64,000 bases of DNA, from positions 1,792,001 to 1,856,000 of the forward strand of contig CBDCJH010000002.1 in the NCBI GenBank assembly GCA_965217775.1, in the 5' to 3' direction. This document shows, in pieces, positions 61,112-64,000 of this stretch. Both the position numbers and the translations under genes were made by a program. The stretch comes from Acidobacteriota bacterium. GTDB taxonomy: Bacteria; Acidobacteriota; UBA6911; RPQK01; JAJDTT01. The notes under the pieces are model-generated. The model was not told the DNA's origin. It saw only the letters and a list, made by a program, of their open reading frames with translations, and searched no databases. Position 1 is the first letter of the stretch. The number at the start of each line of letters is the position of its first letter.

Positions 61112-62023
61112 ATGAGCCCCATGTTCAACGGATTCACCCGCAGCCGGATCGACGCCGACGGCACCTCCGTCCATCTCGTCCACGGCGGCCAAGGCCCTCC
61201 GCTCCTCCTCCTTCACGGATACCCCCAGACCCACGTCATGTGGCACAAGACGGCTCCGCTGCTGGCGCCGCACTTCACCGTGGTGGCACCCGACCTGCGC
61301 GGCTACGGAGACAGCGGCAAGCCGCCGGCCCCCCCTGGCGACCTGAGCGTCTACTGCAAACGGACCACGGCCAACGACCAGGTCCAGGTCATGGCCCGGC
61401 TCGGCTTCGAATCCTTCCACGTGGTGGGCCACGACCGCGGCGCCCGGGTCGGGCACCGGATGGCTCTGGACCATCCGGACCGGGTCAGAACCCTGACCTC
61501 CCTCGACGTGGTCCCCTCCCAGTCGGCCTTCGACAAGATGGACAAGGACCTGTCTTTTGCCTGGTTTCACTGGCATTTAATGCGGCAACCCGAACCTTTT
61601 CCTGAAACTCTTATCGGCAATAGCGCCAAGTTCTACCTGGACTTCCTGCTGGAGCGATGGTGCGGCATCGAAGGTTCCATCACCCAAGCGGCGTACGACG
61701 AATATCTGCGCTGCTTCTCCGACCCCGAGACGATTCGCGCCACCTGCCTGGACTACCGGGGAATCGCGCTGGATCTGGTCCACGACGAAGAGGACCGCGG
61801 GCGGCGGCTGACTTGTCCGGTGCTGGCGCTGTGGGGGAGCGACACCTCCAAGCGTCCCGGGTGGCAGACCGGGGCCAGCCTGGATATGCTCACGGTGTGG
61901 CGGGAGAGAGCCGTGGACGTGCGGGGCAGAGCCTTGGCTTGCGGGCACTTCCTACCCGAGGAGCTGCCCCGGCAGACGGCCGCCGAAATCATGAAGTTCC
62001 TGGGAGTCCGCCCGGCTTCCTGA
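61112..62023 (+). CDS. Haloacetate (fluoroacetate) dehalogenase-like alpha/beta hydrolase
   Basis: LHGYPQTHVMW, GHDRGARV, FHW, CLDYR, CGHFLPEE. Confidence 0.85.
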   Translation: MSPMFNGFTRSRIDADGTSVHLVHGGQGPPLLLLHGYPQTHVMWHKTAPLLAPHFTVVAPDLRGYGDSGKPPAPPGDLSVYCKRTTANDQVQVMARLGFESFHVVGHDRGARVGHRMALDHPDRVRTLTSLDVVPSQSAFDKMDKDLSFAWFHWHLMRQPEPFPETLIGNSAKFYLDFLLERWCGIEGSITQAAYDEYLRCFSDPETIRATCLDYRGIALDLVHDEEDRGRRLTCPVLALWGSDTSKRPGWQTGASLDMLTVWRERAVDVRGRALACGHFLPEELPRQTAAEIMKFLGVRPAS

Positions 62024-62061
62024 GCCATCGACCCGAGCCCTGGATTGAAGGAGAAGACCTG

Positions 62062-63360
62062 ATGACGAGACATCCCTGCCAACTGATAGCCCTGTCCGCC
62101 CTGGTATTCGGGATCAGCGCCTGCCAGCCGGCTCCCGAACCGGAGATGCAATCCGGCGCTCCCAAGGTCCGCCTGGAGGTGGGTGACCCCGTGACCGTTC
62201 CCACCGACCAACACCCGGACATTTCCATGGGCCCTCGGATCGTGACCCTCCCGGACGGAAGAGTCCTGGCGGGACGGGGAGAGGTTTCCTTGACCACCAG
62301 TGACTCGGGAGCCACATGGGACGTCGGCCCGGCCATCGCCAGACCACACCTGCTTCCTCTCCGGGACGGAAGCTTCTTCTTCCTGAAGGGCCGGGGCGTG
62401 CAAAGCGACGAGCCGGGTCTGTTCTCCCTGGAAATGGCGCACGTCCAGTCCCTGGATGAAAATGCGACCGAGGAACGGATCTCCTGGTCTCCCGCCACGG
62501 CGCGCGTGGACCGGTGGGCCCCGCTGACTGCCGACAACGAGACCGAAGTGGACTACTTGGGCGTCGGGGGTCCCTTTCTGGAGCTCGAGGACGGGACCCT
62601 GCTGGCTGCGTGCTACGGAAATTTCAAGGGCGACACGGTGCCCATGGAGGGATTTCTCGCCACCAGCGGCCAGAAGTGGTTCAAGTACCGAACCTATCTG
62701 CTGGCCTCCAGCGACGGTGGTGTCAACTGGGAGTACCTCTCCACCATCGCCTACGACGGGGACACCGGTCAGGAGAGCTTCTGCGAACCGGCCATCGTGA
62801 ACTTGGGCGGCGGCGAGCTCCTGGCGGTGATGCGGACCGGCCGTTTCGCACCCATGTACCAGGCCCGCTCCTTGGACGGAGGCAAGACTTGGCAGAAGCC
62901 GGAGTCGATGCACATCCTGGGATTGGCGCCCCAGATGGTCCTGCTGGAGAACGGCGTTCTGGTATGCAGCTTCGGCTGGAGACGGCTCAAGATCGGCTAC
63001 GGCCATGGACTTAACGACGAGGGCGGACCCTACCCGGCCGCGGCCCGAGACTACCAGGAACGATATCTCCAGGACGTGGGCATCGAAAACCCGTCCGAGG
63101 CCGCCGGCGACTACGTGATGATCAGCCTGGACAAGGGAAAGACCTGGTCCGAGCCCCGCAAGATCGCCGAACCCCTGACGTCGGGATACACCCTTCTTGC
63201 CGCCTCCGGGCCCGATACCGTCCTCGTGATCTCAGCGAGGCTCACCATCCCCGGTCAGTCGCCAGAACGTCACCTGGAAATCTGGGAGCGGGAATGGACC
63301 CAGTGGTCCGACAATTCCGTCGTGGTCCGGATAGCCCGAAAGATCCGGGTCGTCCTATAG
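62062..63360 (+). CDS. Sialidase-like BNR/Asp-box lipoprotein
   Basis: ISAC lipobox; SDSGATW, SSDGGVNW, SLDGGKTW, SLDKGKTW. Confidence 0.8.
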   Translation: MTRHPCQLIALSALVFGISACQPAPEPEMQSGAPKVRLEVGDPVTVPTDQHPDISMGPRIVTLPDGRVLAGRGEVSLTTSDSGATWDVGPAIARPHLLPLRDGSFFFLKGRGVQSDEPGLFSLEMAHVQSLDENATEERISWSPATARVDRWAPLTADNETEVDYLGVGGPFLELEDGTLLAACYGNFKGDTVPMEGFLATSGQKWFKYRTYLLASSDGGVNWEYLSTIAYDGDTGQESFCEPAIVNLGGGELLAVMRTGRFAPMYQARSLDGGKTWQKPESMHILGLAPQMVLLENGVLVCSFGWRRLKIGYGHGLNDEGGPYPAAARDYQERYLQDVGIENPSEAAGDYVMISLDKGKTWSEPRKIAEPLTSGYTLLAASGPDTVLVISARLTIPGQSPERHLEIWEREWTQWSDNSVVVRIARKIRVVL

Positions 63361-63428
63361 GAGGGGACTTTCCTGTCCCCCATTCTTTCTTTTTTCCCGA
63401 TTGCGGGGGTTGGAAAACCCCCACTCCC
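63358..63428. repeat. REP-like palindrome pair, possible terminator between convergent genes
   Basis: GGGGACTTTCCTGTCCCC and GGGGTTGGAAAACCCC. Confidence 0.6.
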
Positions 63429-63429
63429 A

Positions 63430-64000
63430 TCAGGCGTGAACCGCTTCCATTCCTTGGGTGGCCCTGATCTCCGCCTCCTCCCAGTCCGGAAGCCGCCGGG
63501 CATACTCATGCGCCTGCGAGACAAAATCCAACCCGGCCAAGCGCATCCACGCCTCGGTCAGCCGGCGAAAAACGGGCCCCGGACGCCCATCCCCCACCCT
63601 CTGCCCCTCGAAGCTGGCCGCGTGGACCAGCGAATAGGTGGTCGCCGTGCAGAAGATCTCGTCGGCCTGCAAAGCCTCGTACCGTCCCAGATTCGCCTCC
63701 CGCACGGGAACCCCCAACTCGTTCGCCAGATCGATGGTGGCGCCGCGGGAGACCCCCAGCAGTATGTTTCTTCCCTCCGGCGTCAGGAGGACGCCGTCGC
63801 GAACCAGGAAAATGTTCCATCCGGGCCCTTCGGCCAGGAAGCCGTCCGGGTCCATCAGGACGGGCCACTTGTTCTCGCCCATCCGTGCGCCCTGCAGCAC
63901 CGCCATCTGATAGTGCAGACGGCTGCGCGTCTTGGCCTTGGCATCCACGAGATGAGACGGCAACGCCTGTTGAGACGCGATCACCACATCTACTCCCCGA
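63430..64000 (-). CDS. Class IV (branched-chain type) aminotransferase, 5' end outside the window
   Basis: LAEGPGWNIF, ILLGVSR, ADEIF. Confidence 0.85.
   Translation of the reverse strand, partial: RGVDVVIASQQALPSHLVDAKAKTRSRLHYQMAVLQGARMGENKWPVLMDPDGFLAEGPGWNIFLVRDGVLLTPEGRNILLGVSRGATIDLANELGVPVREANLGRYEALQADEIFCTATTYSLVHAASFEGQRVGDGRPGPVFRRLTEAWMRLAGLDFVSQAHEYARRLPDWEEAEIRATQGMEAVHA

Overview
GC-rich bacterial chromosome segment; protein style suggests Acidobacteriota, possibly host-associated (inference). It carries housekeeping and catabolic genes (leuB, mntR, trxB, mscS, hflX, ferredoxin, sugar/acid oxidoreductases and aldolases, an Opp/Dpp ABC operon, a TonB receptor, dioxygenases, a haloacetate dehalogenase) and two tRNAs (Arg-CCG, Glu-TTC). 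The main oddity lies at 14.5-31.8 kb. An HUH/Y1 (RAYT-like) transposase sits among ten copies of a GACTGTCCC(C)TT motif, one orientation to its left and the opposite to its right. Nearly every copy has local tandem stutters or a fold-back, and several mark junctions of captured or truncated DNA. Overlapping this is a ~12 kb integrase-less island bounded by three diverged copies of the 3' end of an LLM oxidoreductase gene. It contains HigBA, a trypsin-like protease, a mosaic hydrolase and gene fragments. Also seen: a MITE family inserted at stop codons, several REP palindrome families, a probable ATC start for hflX and a 20-bp-period palindrome triplet in oppD. All calls are from reading the sequence; no searches were run.
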